64,000 nucleotides of DNA from Amoebophrya sp. A120 (Eukaryota; Protista; Dinoflagellata), in assembly GCA_905178155.1 (NCBI GenBank), contig CAJINV010000001.1:11169009-11233008 (forward strand). Direction: 5' to 3'. The notes below the pieces were generated by a model, which saw only the letters and a program-made list of their open reading frames with translations, searched no databases and was not told where the DNA came from. The translations under genes and the position numbers were made by a program. Of the stretch, positions 1 to 13,010 are shown piece after piece (position 1 is the first letter of the stretch; each line of letters starts with the position of its first letter).

Positions 1-1
1 G

Positions 2-55
2 AAAGCGGGAAGCACGGGGAAAGCGGGAAGCACGGGGAAAGCGGGAAGCACGGGG
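2..55. repeat. 18-bp tandem repeat (AAAGCGGGAAGCACGGGG x3) at the start of a GC-rich non-coding segment (~1-880)
   Basis: Three consecutive exact copies at the window edge. The following ~800 bp is very GC-rich with no credible protein ORF, possibly the end of a repeat element that begins upstream. Confidence 0.75.
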
Positions 56-1485
56 AAGACGGGGGGGCGCGAAGCACGGGGCAAGGGGGAGCCGGGAAGC
101 ATCGGCCCACGGGGAAAGCCACGCCGTGGAACCAGGCCCACAGGCGAGCAGCTTCCCACCACCCTCCCCCGGCGCCCTCCCTCTGTTCGCGAGAAGACTG
201 GAAGAGGGCGCCACCGTCCGCCGTCTCTGTCTTGGAGGCTCGCTCGTTGCGCGCGAGGGGTGACGGGGGCGGAACAGATTGCGCGCGAGCTAACGCGCGG
301 GGCGCCATTGTTGTCCGGGGGTGCGGGGGGAGGGTGGTGGGCCCCTGCGCCTGGAAAGCAATGAATGCCCCGCCCCGGCGCCCATCCTCTACCCAAGCGC
401 GTGGCAGGGGCCCCAGCAAGCCCCTGCCCTGCAGGGCTGCGCGCGGGAGAAGGGCGGGGGGGGGGCACGAAGGCGCGCAGGAGCAGGGCGCACCGGCAGG
501 CGCCTCAGACGGGCCACACAGCAGACGCGCGGGCGGGGCGTCGCGCGCCAGCGCCGCGCATGGCGCGGGCTGTTCTCCTGGTTCCTACCTAACCTTCCCC
601 AGTCCAGCCACTGGCGCCCGCCCGCTGCCGCGCTTTGCGTTCGTTGTAGGGCCTAAGGCTTGCCGCCTCGGGCGCGCGCCCAATGGATGCGGGCGGGGTC
701 CTCGCGCTCGCACAACGACGGGAGCCGCGGGCTCTATGGCGCTCCACATTGGTTCGCTCAACAAGAAGCGGCGCAGATGCTTGGCCCCCCCCTGCGTCAG
801 AAATCTTTCCCCTTGCCCATCCTCTGGCGTTCTTCTTTCCCCCCTGTCCACTCGTTCACCCTCCCACTGCGCGACATAAGCTGCGGCCTTGTAACTAGTC
901 ATGGTAGAGATTACCAACAACAAACCAGAAGCGACTACGACAGAAACCCGATCACGACGCGCTCTTTCTTTTTTGAATTGAAAAATGAGACCGAGGGATC
1001 ACTTGCTTCGCAAGAACGGTAGGTCAGCAAAGAACTGTCCTCAACTCACCCATTTCCACACCAGTCTGGTCAAGACTGTCATGACTGAATGAGGTACTTG
1101 CGGCTGCTGGTAAGAAAGATCACTGCTGGAGTAGGAGCAACTACCAGCATGGTTGTTCAAGGCAGCGGCAGACGTTCATTCTTTGCTTCCGTTTTCCTTC
1201 TACTTACTTTTACTTCCAATATTCGGTTGGACCTCGACCTGGAACCCGAATAGAAAGTACAGGTCGCACTGCTGTATCTATGTGTGCGCAACAAGTGTAA
1301 GTAAAAGAAACTATCGTGCTTCAGATTCCGCGTTCATGTCGTTGTTGCTCTTGCAAAACGGTAGATATCATCGTCGTTCTTTGTTCTCGTCGGGCCGGAG
1401 CACCGGTCGAGCTTTCGCGGACTGCAAGTGCAAGTGTAGCAGAAGCGTACCAAAATAAAGTCGGGCCAGCACCAGCACCGCTTGC

Positions 1486-3111
1486 ATGAGCAGTCCGGAC
1501 CTGCTTCGCTGCACGCGGACTGGGTCCAGCAGTTGCGAGAGCAGTGTCCCGTCGTCTCGCCGGGGGCAGGAGCGCAGATCGCCTCCAGGATCATCTTCGT
1601 ACAGAAGAAACGGAGCCGTCGGTAGACCTCGACAGGCCTCGCGTTCCAACGCCGCGGCCACGAGGGCCGCAGGACCGCCTTCCTCGAATTTGTTTAGCCG
1701 CCGGAGCAATTATGAGATGAGCAACACGCTGACACACGACCAAGACCGGTCCCGGTCGTACCTTTCCGACGAGGATACTTCCTCTTCTTCCAGCGAAAAC
1801 TCTAGCAGCGAAGACAGCGATGCCGTCGAGGAATGGAAGTGCGCCAGTGAATCCAGTTGGATTACAACCGACTATTCGTCCAAGGAGTCATCCTCCGGAA
1901 AGTACAAACGCGTTCCGGACAAGACGCACAAAAGACACTGGCTCTTGGCGGCGGTCACCTTGGTTTTTTTTTGTGGTGCTGCCAGTTTTGGCTACTGCTA
2001 CGCCTACCACAGAGAAACGCTTGTAAAGTGGCTGCCCTTCGTCCGAAGCCTACCGTTCTTCGTACCTGCGGGCGGAGCAAACGGCAGCAACGGTGCAGCG
2101 ATCACGCCAAGGTCTTCCAATGGCAGCGGAGGTGGTGATGGGTCCGACCACCGAGGTACAACTTCTAAGGATATAGTGCTAGCAACATCAGTCTTGCAGC
2201 CGGGGAAAGATAACGATCAGGCAAGCGAGGCCGCAGCACCAGAGCACGAACAAGGCGGTAGTGCTGGTGAGCGATCTTTATTACCGCCGGGGCGTGGGCG
2301 GCCCACGAACCCGCCGAATGTTCCACATTCGGACTCGCACTCTTCCTTCGCTGCGACCGATGCGTCTTTCAATCCTGCTACTGGTCTGCAAACGGAAATA
2401 AATGCCAGTACCGAGGAAAACGAAACTGAAGCTCCTGTTCTGGCAACCTCGACGTCGTCATTGGCCTCTGGCACGTCGCTCGGTGCCGGTAGCGTGACGG
2501 GGAGCCCGGGCACTGCAGGGCTACTCGCTGCGGGCGAGAGTAGCCCTAGTGCTGGGCGAATATCATCCTCCGCACCTGTTCCGAACATCAGGACGAGTCT
2601 GAGTCCTGAGGAAGTCGACGCGAAAGATATCGCCTTGCTACGGTCGGCAGTGGGTGTTGAGAGTTCCGGCGGCGCAGCCGACAATGCATCATTTCCTAGC
2701 CAGCACACCGGCGGTGCTGCGAACGGTGCAGTGGGTGCCGGCGCAACGCGGGGCTTGCCACCAGACCACCCGGGTTCCTCACCGATCGGGAAAAAAGATC
2801 CCTCAACCTACACCTCTCCGGGGGCAGTGCAAAGCCAAAGGACCGACGTCAGGGGTGATGATGTACTAGACGAAGGAGCTTCATCGCGCAACAAGGGCGC
2901 GCAAAGCGCCCTTGCATTGGCGGTGGGTGAAGCTGCGACGACCGCTCTTCCCGAGCGGAAAACAAGCACCAACAGCTTGCTGCGCGCACTAATCGCGTCC
3001 CCAAAATCAGTAGCGGTTTCTATTCTCAAGAAGACACCGCTAGCAGGATCACTGCCGGCAAGCGATGACGCCGACGCAGCTCGCAACCAAGACGATGAGG
3101 AAGGTACTTGA
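1486..3111 (+). CDS. Hypothetical single-pass membrane protein, Ser/Gly/Ala-rich (541 aa)
   Basis: Long ATG-initiated ORF with one hydrophobic helix (WLLAAVTLVFFCGAASFGYCYAY) flanked by low-complexity regions; no recognisable family. Confidence 0.65.
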   Translation: MSSPDLLRCTRTGSSSCESSVPSSRRGQERRSPPGSSSYRRNGAVGRPRQASRSNAAATRAAGPPSSNLFSRRSNYEMSNTLTHDQDRSRSYLSDEDTSSSSSENSSSEDSDAVEEWKCASESSWITTDYSSKESSSGKYKRVPDKTHKRHWLLAAVTLVFFCGAASFGYCYAYHRETLVKWLPFVRSLPFFVPAGGANGSNGAAITPRSSNGSGGGDGSDHRGTTSKDIVLATSVLQPGKDNDQASEAAAPEHEQGGSAGERSLLPPGRGRPTNPPNVPHSDSHSSFAATDASFNPATGLQTEINASTEENETEAPVLATSTSSLASGTSLGAGSVTGSPGTAGLLAAGESSPSAGRISSSAPVPNIRTSLSPEEVDAKDIALLRSAVGVESSGGAADNASFPSQHTGGAANGAVGAGATRGLPPDHPGSSPIGKKDPSTYTSPGAVQSQRTDVRGDDVLDEGASSRNKGAQSALALAVGEAATTALPERKTSTNSLLRALIASPKSVAVSILKKTPLAGSLPASDDADAARNQDDEEGT

Positions 3112-3311
3112 GTCGTGTAAGTTACTTGTACTGATAAGGGAGCAGCTGCTCAGGGACAGCAACTACCAGCAGCTCCAGTAGTACCAGTTTTTTTTCTTTT
3201 GGAAATATGTGTTTTTCTGTTCCGATTGATTATATAGGGCACCGACACGAGAAGTCCATCACCAGTCCTTACTTTGCCCTTTCTACACTAAAAGCTCTGC
3301 ATCACAATAAA

Positions 3312-4496
3312 ATGAACATACTAGATTCCGAAGTGGAGGGACTCCAAAAGAGGATTGCGGAAGTAGAAGCAGAAATGCACGAGTTGCGCCGCGATCGAGA
3401 GCAGGCACGTCATCGGCTTCCGAAGGGTCGCGGATTGTACTACGTGAAGCCCGGCCCTGGAAGACCGCTCGGTATGCTACTTTGTCATATCCTGCATAGG
3501 CCTAAAGCACTGTCACGTGTACTTGGAGATACATATGCTAGACAATAATATCCCGCTCGGCGGACTGCATGTTTGGAAACAAAGCACACACACATACTAT
3601 TTCACTTTTTCCTTTTCATTGCAGGCTCGCTCCACATCCAAGCCGATAAGGACTCTGTACTTTTGGCCGGCGACTGTGAAATTGAAGCCGCGGTTGAGAG
3701 ACAGGAGAACTGGATCGCGAGCCAACGAAAGATGGACCAGTTGCCGATCGTGGGAACGCTGCGCAGCTACTACCCCCCTAACGTCATATGCAGGAAACGA
3801 AGTCCGACCGCTTCCTCGAGCGCCCTCTCGTCCTCGGCCGAGGACCTCGAACCGCTAGACGAGCGTGCTTTGGCTACCTCGACGAACATGGACGAGTTGA
3901 CGATGCAGCGTCCCCGGCGCCTGGCGGAGAAAAAGAAGAGCAAAATTGCACGGGAGCAAAAAGAAATGGCAGTGCGGCAGTCTTCACAAAACGAGGATGG
4001 TAACGCTATAAAAACAATGGCGGACGACGACCACGTCGATGAGGATGCACCGCACCGGCCGCTTCACGACCCCGAAGTAGAACTAGGAGAAGGAACACCT
4101 ACCGCGGGAAAGGCAGTAGATGATGGTGCCCAGGCGGCGGCGACTCCTCCGGGTCACGACGCAATAATCGATTCGCCACACCGAAGCGGAGATGGTTCAG
4201 CCAGCTCCTCGTCCAGGAGCCCAACTTCTTTCCCTGCAACCTCTCATCATGCTCAAACAGAGTCTGATCATCATGGAAAAAGTACTAGCACAACTGTGAC
4301 TCTTTCTTCCATCGTGCCCCAGCGACCTCAGGCCAATGCTCTTGCGGCCTTGCCAATGTCGCGCGTTGACCAGTTGAAGCTTAAGCTGCAGGACCGAGAG
4401 CGTCGACTCGTTGAGATGAAGAATGCCAAGGAGCGCGGCTGGGATCGTCAGGGCCAAGCACCGCCAGGAATCGGCTTCTGGAAAACTGCGAACTGA
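3312..4496 (+). CDS. Hypothetical coiled-coil protein, 2 exons (3312-3471, 3625-4496; ~343 aa)
   Basis: GT-AG intron 3472-3624 (GTATGC...TTGCAG) joins ORFs 3207 and 3573 in frame (..PGRPL-G-SLHIQADK..). N- and C-terminal coiled-coil-like segments. Confidence 0.65.
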
Positions 4497-5947
4497 TTTG
4501 CAAGTGAGGCAAGCGGATATGTATAAAGGCAGATGTTGTTTTCGTTTTGCAACAAAAAGGAGCAAACTACGTCAGCTGTGCTTGTGAAGGTCGTGAGACA
4601 CAGCCCGCCACTGCGTCTGCTACAAACTCATGTGGCCGGTATCTTGAGATTGAGATTGCCGTTGGCGGCCAAATCTCGTACGCAATTAATGTGTCACGAC
4701 CTTGAAATTACTTCTGCATACTGTTGAAGCCCAGAGAATACAAGAAATGCCACAAAGACAAAGGCTACCCATGCCAATCCGCACAAAGACCGAGAGAACA
4801 CAGAAAATTCTATTTTTTGAGGCTGCCCGTGCCCCGTTTCGCTTCTTTTGCACGACATGCTTGTTTCTTATCTACATTTCCCAATTTTGTCTGATATACT
4901 CCAAAGCAAATCCCTCCAATAGCGATTGAGAGTCCACCAATCGCAGATCTTGGCATGTTTCCCATTTACTCGATGGAAGAAACATGGATGCAAATTTTAG
5001 TTTTCTATGCAGGAAATGTTACATCTCTTAGCGCCGAGGAAAATAACTGCAGACCTTTAAAACTCCATTGCCTGACGAAAGAAAAACAAAATGTGTTGCT
5101 CGTGTCTGCAAACCGCTTTAAAAAAGACACAAATACAGCGAAATCTAATGGGCGAACAATGTGTGATTGTATTTGTTGATAAAGAAGCATGACTGACCAC
5201 TGTCATTGAATACAGGACGAACGCAGATAAGTGTGTTTCTATCGATAGGTATATGTAAAATAGGCAAAGCTGTACCTACTGTCTTCAAAAATGAGATCAC
5301 TACCGGTTGTCGCATTGAATTATGATTATCGGTGCTGGGATCCCATTATCGTTCCGGAAACGGACTTAGCAAAAGTTGATTTCGATCATGAAATAAGTCA
5401 AGATCAAGCTCGATCTCTAGGACCAAATTTGAGAAGTTATCAGTGATGGTGATGACCCATCCACCAGCACTTTTGTTGTGTACCGTGACTGCAAATGAAG
5501 ATATGGCAACCAAAAAGAAAATGAAGATCTCTCACCGAGATGTCTCTCTGTATCTAGTTTTCTATTCGTAATTTGTTTCTTGATCCAAGAAAAAGACGCT
5601 TTCTGACTCGATTCGAAACGATCTTCAGTGATGTCTCAATTTCAGGACCTCAGCCAGCCCCATAAAGACAAAACACGAACAACAAGTGGCAGTATTATGC
5701 CCCCAGCGATAGGATTAAGACTATAGCGATAAGAATTTCGTTGTGCACCACCTTTGTAAGTATTGTGTATCTCCCCGGTGTCCGTCTTTCCGAATCGTGT
5801 ACCCAGCTGCATTTCGCCGTAGAGTTCTCCCCCCCGGTGTGTGTCTTTCTACGTAAGTAGTTGGAAAATTGTTCAAAATCAATCACGAGCACGCAGAATT
5901 TAGATTTACCATACGCAAACACACATTTTTCTTGAAAAAACACCACG

Positions 5948-8900
5948 ATGACGTCGGCTTCGTCCTCTACATCTGAAAATGGTTGTTCATCCCGGTTTCT
6001 ACGGACGTTGGGCCTTTCCGTGGCAGTGTCTATGCCGGTCTTATGGTATTTGCGGTCTCGATATCATGCCTCCTCTTCCACAAGCACTTCCTCGAAGAAA
6101 AAAAGCCGGTCTCGCAGTCGCAGTAAAAATCCCAAGCAGGAGGAGACCGCAGCGAAGAGAAGAAACAAACTGAGGCAGAGCGAGAAGCCTAAGGAAAAAC
6201 TTCCTTCGGATGGCCCGCTGCTCCGCGTGCACCTCTGGCATGGCTCACAGACAGGCACGGCTGAGGAGTACACGGAAACACTCGCCGCGGACTTGGCTTC
6301 TGCGTTGGTCAAGCAGGGATTTCCGGCTAGCAAGTTTTTTTCGATTCAGACGAAGTCACTGGAAGACTGCGAAGATTTCGAGCGAGAATTCGACTTCCAG
6401 GACGACGATGAGGAGGACGACAGTACTGCCACAGGATCCGATTACGAGCACCAGGGTTCTGGAGCAGGTGGAAGAGCTGGCCCTGTGGACGGAGTACCTC
6501 CAATGTCATCCAGTAACAAGAAGGAAGCAGAAATATGTGTTGATGGGGAACAAACTACATCACGAAGAACGAGAGAACACTTGCCGCTTCACATCTTCCT
6601 CGTTTCCACCTACGGCGAGGGGGACCCGGCGCAGTCGTTATCCTGAGTAAAAACGTACCCACACCAGAGTCAGGATGGGGATTTTGCAACACAAACCTGG
6701 GAGTTTTGTAAGTCACGCATGACAAGTTGCGCTCTGCAGTGTAGTGCAGGTTAGCAAGTGCAGCCGCATCACAGATTCATCAGCTCATCCTGTTCACAGC
6801 ATCACAAATTCCAAAACACGATTAGAAATGGCTCTCATGCGGATGCGCATTACAAGTCTTCCTGTCTTTGCAAATCTGCATGACAACTCTGGTTTGGGTA
6901 CGTTTTTACACAGGATAGTCGTCCGAGGATTTTTACGACAAGCTGACCGAGATGATCGACGGGAGGGCACAGAACGTGTTCAGAAAGCTCCAGGCGGCTG
7001 TCATCGGGTTTGGCAACAGCACGTACGTGCACTTCAACGGCGCGGCGAAGACGCTGATCGAGCGGTTGACGAAGCTGGAAGGGACTTTTTTCTGCTCCGA
7101 ATCCTACCTGGACGACGCGACGGACCTTGACGAGCAGTGGGCCCCCGCCGCCGCAAACGTGATCAACGCGATAAAAAGGATGACCGTCGAGTTTCTGCAA
7201 ACCCGCACGGACGTGCGAAAATGTTGGGTCTTGCCAAACGACAGCACATTCGGCGGAGCCACTGGTGCGATGACGGGCGAGACCAAGAAGGTGGAGTTCT
7301 TAACCGAGTCCGAGTGGGCGTCGATTCTGAAGGGCGTTGAGAAAAATGAAGCCAGCGCGTCCCCCGCGGAAATGCGGGCGCGCTTTTGTCCGCTAGCGGG
7401 GAAGTTGCAAAAGGACTCTCCTCCAGCTCCTGCGTCCAGCTCGTCGAAGGAAGTTCCCCGCGACATTGCGGCAACGGCTTTGTTCGGTAGAAAAACGGTC
7501 AAAGTAACGAGGCAGGACCGGCAATCGCAAGTTGTCGACTACGGAGCAGCAGCCCCTTTCGACAAAAAAGTTTCGCGCGGAAGTACGGAGGTACTGGTGG
7601 AGTGGCCAGAAGCTTACATGGCCGGGATAAACGGCGTTTTGGCGCACAATATAGACGTCTTGCCGGACAACGACAAAACAGACGTTGCGGCGTTCTTGGC
7701 GTATTTTCAGGTCACGCACTACGACAACATGCGATGGGTCTGGACAGGCGCGGCGGCAGGTGGTAATAGCACAGAGGAAAACAACAGCACGTCGTCCACC
7801 GCGCCTACGACTTTATCCGTCCCGTTTCCCAGCGGACTTTCCCTGGCCCAGATTTTTGGGCAGTACCTAGATTTACGACGCTTTCCTAAGCTCTCCGAGG
7901 TCCGAAAGTTCGTTTCCTTCGCGAAAGATTCGGATGCGGAAAAGCTGCTGCAAGCCGTCTGCACGGACGAGCATCTGGCGCAGTTTCGCGACGCGCGCTT
8001 GAGTTTCGCCGCGTTTTGGCAGGTGTTTTTGCAGGATTCGGTGCAAATAACGTTGGGGGAATTTTTTCAGATTTGCCCGCGGATGAAGCCCAGGATTTTC
8101 ACCGGCAGCAGCAGTCGGGTCTGCGACAAACACCACCTCGCGATGCTCTTGTCCGCGGTGCACGAAACCAGTCACGCGAAGCTGGACCTGAAACTAGTGA
8201 AGAAGCTGGTGGCCACCAACGACAAGGAGAAGCGACTGGACGAGAAGCTGCTGAAATCGCTTGCGACAACTTATTCCGGGCAGTACTTCGGCCAGTGCTC
8301 GGATCACCTTTCCGTCGCGGAAGTTGGTTCGGTCCTGAGCTTGAAGGTGAATCCACCAACCCTGCACTTTCCGGAAAATCCGAAAATCCCGCTCGTCCTC
8401 ATCTCCGCAGGCACCGGGCTCGCGCCCTTCAAGGGCTTTCTCGATCAGGAACAGGTGCTGAAATCGAAGCGGGATATTCTCCTCTTCTTCGGGTGTCGAA
8501 GTCGGGAGGAGGACTTTCTCTACCGTGACTACTTTATCAAGCTCGCGCCGGAGTACGGTGCGGAGAAGGGTGGGCCGCATCAGCAGCAGAACAAGAGAGG
8601 AGATCAACATCCTTCCGCGGCAATGAATGGGGAAGATGCAGCAGTAGCGGTGGCGGATAGAAGTGGGGACGCACAAAATCAAGGAACAAGAATTCCAAGA
8701 GCAGATCTACCGCTGAAGAACTTCAAGTTGGTGTGCGCGTTTTCGCGCATGAGCAAACGCAAGGTGTACGTGCAGGACAAGATGAAGCTCCACGCACAGG
8801 AGCTGAAGGACTTGCTGCTCTCCCAACGCGGGCAAGTGCTAGTCTGCGGCAGTACGCACATGGGGCAAGGCGCCCGTGAGGTGCTCACCATGGTTCTGGG

Positions 8901-8964
8901 CCGCGCGGAAATGCAAGCGCTGCAAGACCAAAAGCGGTACCAGGAAGAGGTCTGGGCCGTTTGA
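5948..8964 (+). CDS. CPR: NADPH-cytochrome P450 reductase-like diflavin oxidoreductase, 2 exons (5948-6638, 6923-8964; ~910 aa)
   Basis: N-terminal membrane anchor; flavodoxin motifs GSQTGTAE, STYGEGD and GFGNSTYVHFN; FAD/NADPH motifs PRIFT, AGTGLAPF, LFFGCR and KVYVQD; C-terminal YQEEVW. Excising the TIR element 6639-6917 plus one repeat gives STYGEGDPAQSSEDFYDKL. Confidence 0.85.
6639..6917. mobile_element. TIR introner-like element (family E), 279 bp, direct repeat GTCGT
   Basis: Left arm TATCCTGAGTAAAAACGTACCCACACCAGAGT vs reverse complement of right arm TATCCTGTGTAAAAACGTACCCAAACCAGAGT; GTCGT at 6634-6638 and 6918-6922; removing 284 bp restores the CPR frame. Confidence 0.93.
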
Positions 8965-9582
8965 AGAGCATGCGTCCAGGTTGTGAAGACATTGATTTCG
9001 AGAAAATTCGGCGCATGTTGTAGTCTTGAAGAACGACATGAAAGTCACAGCGACATCACGACGACTAGAGTACAGACATGAAGGATCTGACCGCCACGAA
9101 GTAGCGCGATGAATTCAAAAACGCGATAGCATCTTAATCTTACCACTTCGAGAAGGCTGATGTTGATGACGGAGATTTTGTTTTGTTCAAGGTGTCGAGC
9201 CCCCTGTGATACAGCACGCACGACAGAAAATCTAGATTCGTTCACATCTTTGTCCTCGGTGCGTGTCGGTTCAACATCGCAATCTTATCATGATATCTGC
9301 TATCGTCCTTGTCGTTGTTAGCCTCAACCTCAACGTGGTCATCCTTATATCGTTTTGGTGCTCGTCTTGATGCTATGTTTTTGTCGTGGCTGGCCTTTAT
9401 CTTCATCGTTTGTCATCCTGTACGTAGGCGATGGAATCGGAACCACAACTAGTAATGTCGCTTTCTCGATGGTAGTTTGCGAAAGGTTGTTCGCTTTTGG
9501 CATGAACGAGTCAAGCAACATGATCTACACATCGCATCGAAAAAAATCATCAAGAAAGGTTTAATACCGTCCAAGCTGCAAG

Positions 9583-12355
9583 ATGGGTCTCCTTTCCACG
9601 TTGACCGTGAGCCACTCTTTGCAGAATTTTCTGTGGCGGAATGAGTCTTCCGTGGCGACCACGGAGGACCGCGCAGTGAATCCGGGGCATTTCGTGAGAG
9701 TGACCCCGACACCGCTCCCGGACCCCGTTTTGGTGTGTTACAGTGATGACTTTGCGCAAAATGTGCTTGGGTTTGACGTGGACGACGCGGCGACGAAGCG
9801 CGAGCTGGAAGCTGATTTACGCGCGGTGCTTTCCGGCAACGCGATCCCCGCCGCGTGGGGACCGTGGGCCACGGGGTACGGAGTCTCCATCCACGGGCAG
9901 TGGGTAACGGACAGTCCCCGGGGCGGCGTGCACGGATACGGTGACGGACGCGCGATGTCTGTGGTGGAAATCAGGGCGTCGACAAATTATGGCAGAGCCA
10001 CACAGGATGAAGTAGAAGTTTCTTCTTCTTCAGGTGCAGTTCTGTCTAAGGGGGTTGTTCCGGAGAAAAGTTTCGCAAAGGTTGAGCGATCTTCCGAAAT
10101 GCCATCTGCAGGTGCACCCCTTTATTCCTGGCAAACCCGTCGAACGATGATCAAGGATTTCCTCTACCCCGCCCCCGACCGCTGGGAGTTTCAGCTTAAG
10201 GGTTCCGGGCGCACACCCTTTTCCCGGAGCGGGGACGGACGGGCGGCGCTCCGTTCCAGCGTCCGGGAGTTCTTGGCGAAGGAAGGAATGCACTTCCTCG
10301 GCGTGCCAACCGCGCGCGCGCTCTCCCTGGTCGTGGACACAGAGTTGAAAATTCAGCGGCAGTGGTACCCGGAAGCGCAGAATAAAGACGTGCAGCTACG
10401 CGCCGATCAAGTGGGCAACCGGGAGGAAGTGGCAATGTCGAGGGGAGCTAGTAGTGCAGCTCTACTTGCGCTTACTCCAAGGCCGGGTAAAATTTTGTGG
10501 CCGAGCAATGGGGTTCCCGAGTCGCAGATGGCTGCGAATCAGGAGATTTTTCGGGAGGAGCAGGCCGCAATTCTGACGAGAGTGAGCCCGAGCTTTCTCC
10601 GCGTGGGCCAAGTGGAACTGTTTGCAAAGGAAAAGTCAGTCGGCGAGTTCCGGAAGCTGCTGGCCTACGTCCTGTGGCGCGACTTTCGACCGTATTTACA
10701 GATTGGAAATAGCACGGCGACTACCGGGTCGTGGCCTGCAGATGTGAGTGGGCAAAAACAAAAAGCGAAGGAGTCACAGCGAACCTTACCGCATGAGCAA
10801 GAAGCGCTTGATGACGCACAGGCGTCTAGCTTGCTTACGGTGAAAAATCTGAAAATCTTTCTTCTCATCTTTGCGCACAGACTGGCGTTTTTGCACGCGG
10901 AGTGGTTGCGGGTTGGGTACGTGCAGGGGAACATGAATTCCGATAACTGCCTGCTGAACGGGTACTCCCTTGACTATGGTCCTTTCGGCTTTCTCGAGCA
11001 ATTTGATCCGCTATGGTGCCCTTGGATTGGCGGCGGTGAAAAGTTTAGCTATTCACAACAACCAAAGGCAGGCAAGGTCATTTTGTCCACTCTGATTCGC
11101 CGTATTTTCGCCTACCGCGAGCAGCTGGCATTTTTGCTTTTGGCGAATGAAGGGAAGGACACGACCGACTTAGAAGCAGGTACAACTACCTGCGAAATAA
11201 TGTCCGAAGGTGGCGAAGCGAAGTGCAGGTCGTCGCAGTCAAAGTCCAGTGGGGCAGCAGCAGCAGCAGCTCGGATGGAAAGACAAGATGCAGGCCGGAC
11301 AAAAGCCGCGCTTTTTGACGAGTTGCGCGACTTCGGCGACAACCTCGTGGAACTCTACATTGAGGACATTTTCCGTCCGTACCACGATGAAAACGCCCGC
11401 GCGAGACTCGGATTTTCCACTGCGTCGGATCAGCTCCATCATCTGCCGCTTTTCGATGTTCTTTCTCTGCAGCGAGAGCAGCAGGCTACTGAGGCAAGCA
11501 GCGCGTCGGCCGATGGAAGTGGAGGTACACCCACGGCACATGATTTCTCGCTTACTACTGCAAGAAGCGCAACCGCAAGCGCCCTTCTGCAGAGGCTAGA
11601 GGAGACTTTTAAGTCGGGCACATCAACAATGTCACGTCGGGCAGGTGGAGCTGGAAAGAAAAGGAAGCACGCCGATCCTCTTCGCCTGTATGAGGATTTG
11701 GAAGATATCATGCGGAGAGAAGAAATGGATTTCACTTTTACATTGCGAGCCCTCGGCGATATTGTTGACATTGCGACGGTGGGGGACCAAAGTGAAGAGT
11801 GCAAGAAGAAGAAAGAAGATGTGGAGATGTCCTGTGCGTTATTCAACCCGAAACCATTTCGCCGCGCTCGGGGTGATCAGCTTACTCCGCTGCCCCAGCA
11901 TCTCCGGAAATGGCTGCTGCGATGGAGTGACAGTCTGCAGAAGCATTACAGTGGTGCAGCTTCGGACGAGGATGCGAGCCATACACATGCGAACTACATC
12001 TCTCCACCGGCCGTGGCAAGAGCAGACATGAAAGCCAGTTCCCCGCAGGTGATACCGCGCAACTGGATGCTAACTGAAGCGTATGAGGCCGCGGAGCGAG
12101 GGAATTTCACAAAGGTTGACGAATTAAAGACACTGCTGAAAACACCGTACGAAGATGTGCGAGAAGATACCCAGTGGGTCCGCGCAACGCCAGAGTGGGC
12201 ACACGGAAAAGCTGGAATATCTTACATGAGCTGATCTTCGTATATGGAACCGAAATCTTGCGTCACAGTCACATCAGAGATGTTTTGTAAGGCAAAACGC
12301 CTTACAAAACGTATCGGATCTGACTGCGACGCGGAGTTTCGTTTTCATATCGTAG
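9583..12355 (+). CDS. SELENOO: SelO-family protein adenylyltransferase (UPF0061), probable selenoprotein ending S-U-S-S (exons 9583-12242, 12355; ~886 aa)
   Basis: Motifs GYGDGRA, QLKGSGRTPFSRSGDGRA.LRSSVREFL, GVPTARAL, GYVQGNMNSDN and DYGPFGF. The TGA at 12232-12234 is followed by TCT TCG and, after removal of the element at 12243-12349, by TAG. Confidence 0.88.
12243..12349. mobile_element. TIR introner-like element, 107 bp, near-complete hairpin, direct repeat TCGTA, inserted in the SelO stop codon
   Basis: ~51-nt arms (TATGGAACCGAAATCTTGCGTCACAGTCACATC.. vs reverse complement TATGAAAACGAAACTCCGCGTCGCAGTCAGATC..) around an AAAAC loop; TCGTA at 12238-12242 and 12350-12354. Confidence 0.88.
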
Positions 12356-13010
12356 AACAACCTGCTGGATTTCTAGGTAGTAGGTTGTAGTACTCGTCCT
12401 CAACAACAAGCGGGAGTAGCTCAATTATGATTACCGTGGCCACAGGAGCTGTTCTCTCGGTACATGCAGTCATCACTGACACAGTCGTCGCTGTGCGCAA
12501 GAAAAGTGCAGATACTTCTGACCTGCCATGATCTGGTAACCAAATGCCTGCGCGCGCGCGCGCAGAGCGCGCGCCGGCCCACGAAGCCGGCGCGCGCGCT
12601 CTGCGCGCTTGCGATATTGCTTAGCAAACGCAGCGCGAAGGCAGTTGCCGTTACCATATAGGGCAACCGCCGGGAGGCGTGAAGGTCAGGGAAATGGCCA
12701 GAAATGAAGCGGGAGAAGGGAAAAAAAGCGGACCAGATGGGAAAATGGCCAGGAGGTCAAAAATGTCGCAAAAATGGCAGAAACCAAGCGGGAGAAGGTG
12801 TAAAAAGAGCATTTTTGCGGTTTGGCCCACTTTTTATCTGAAAAAGAGTTGGTCTATTTTTTGCTCCGCCCGCTGGTCAGCTGCGTTGGAGAAGCAGGCC
12901 CGCGACCTGTCCGGAAGCCTTGGGCCGCTTCGTAACTGGAAAAAGTTGGAAAAAAATGGCAAAAATTTGCTTCATAACGTGGGTGGAAGCAATCGTCGGA
13001 TTTTGTCCAG

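Noticed and set aside
232-1022. Overlapping ORFs in the GC-rich first kilobase
   Set aside because: Arg/Gly/Ala-rich products expected from high GC content; no motifs or coding-like codon bias.
12243-12349. Hairpin after the SelO TGA as the SECIS element
   Set aside because: It lacks the AUGA/GA non-Watson-Crick quartet, and it has the TAT...ATA ends and 5-bp duplication of the TIR intron class.
12427-12470. ATGATTACCG...CGGTA stem as a SECIS candidate
   Set aside because: The 5' ATGA and a partial stem are present but there is no matching 3' GA; not supportable without a covariance-model search.
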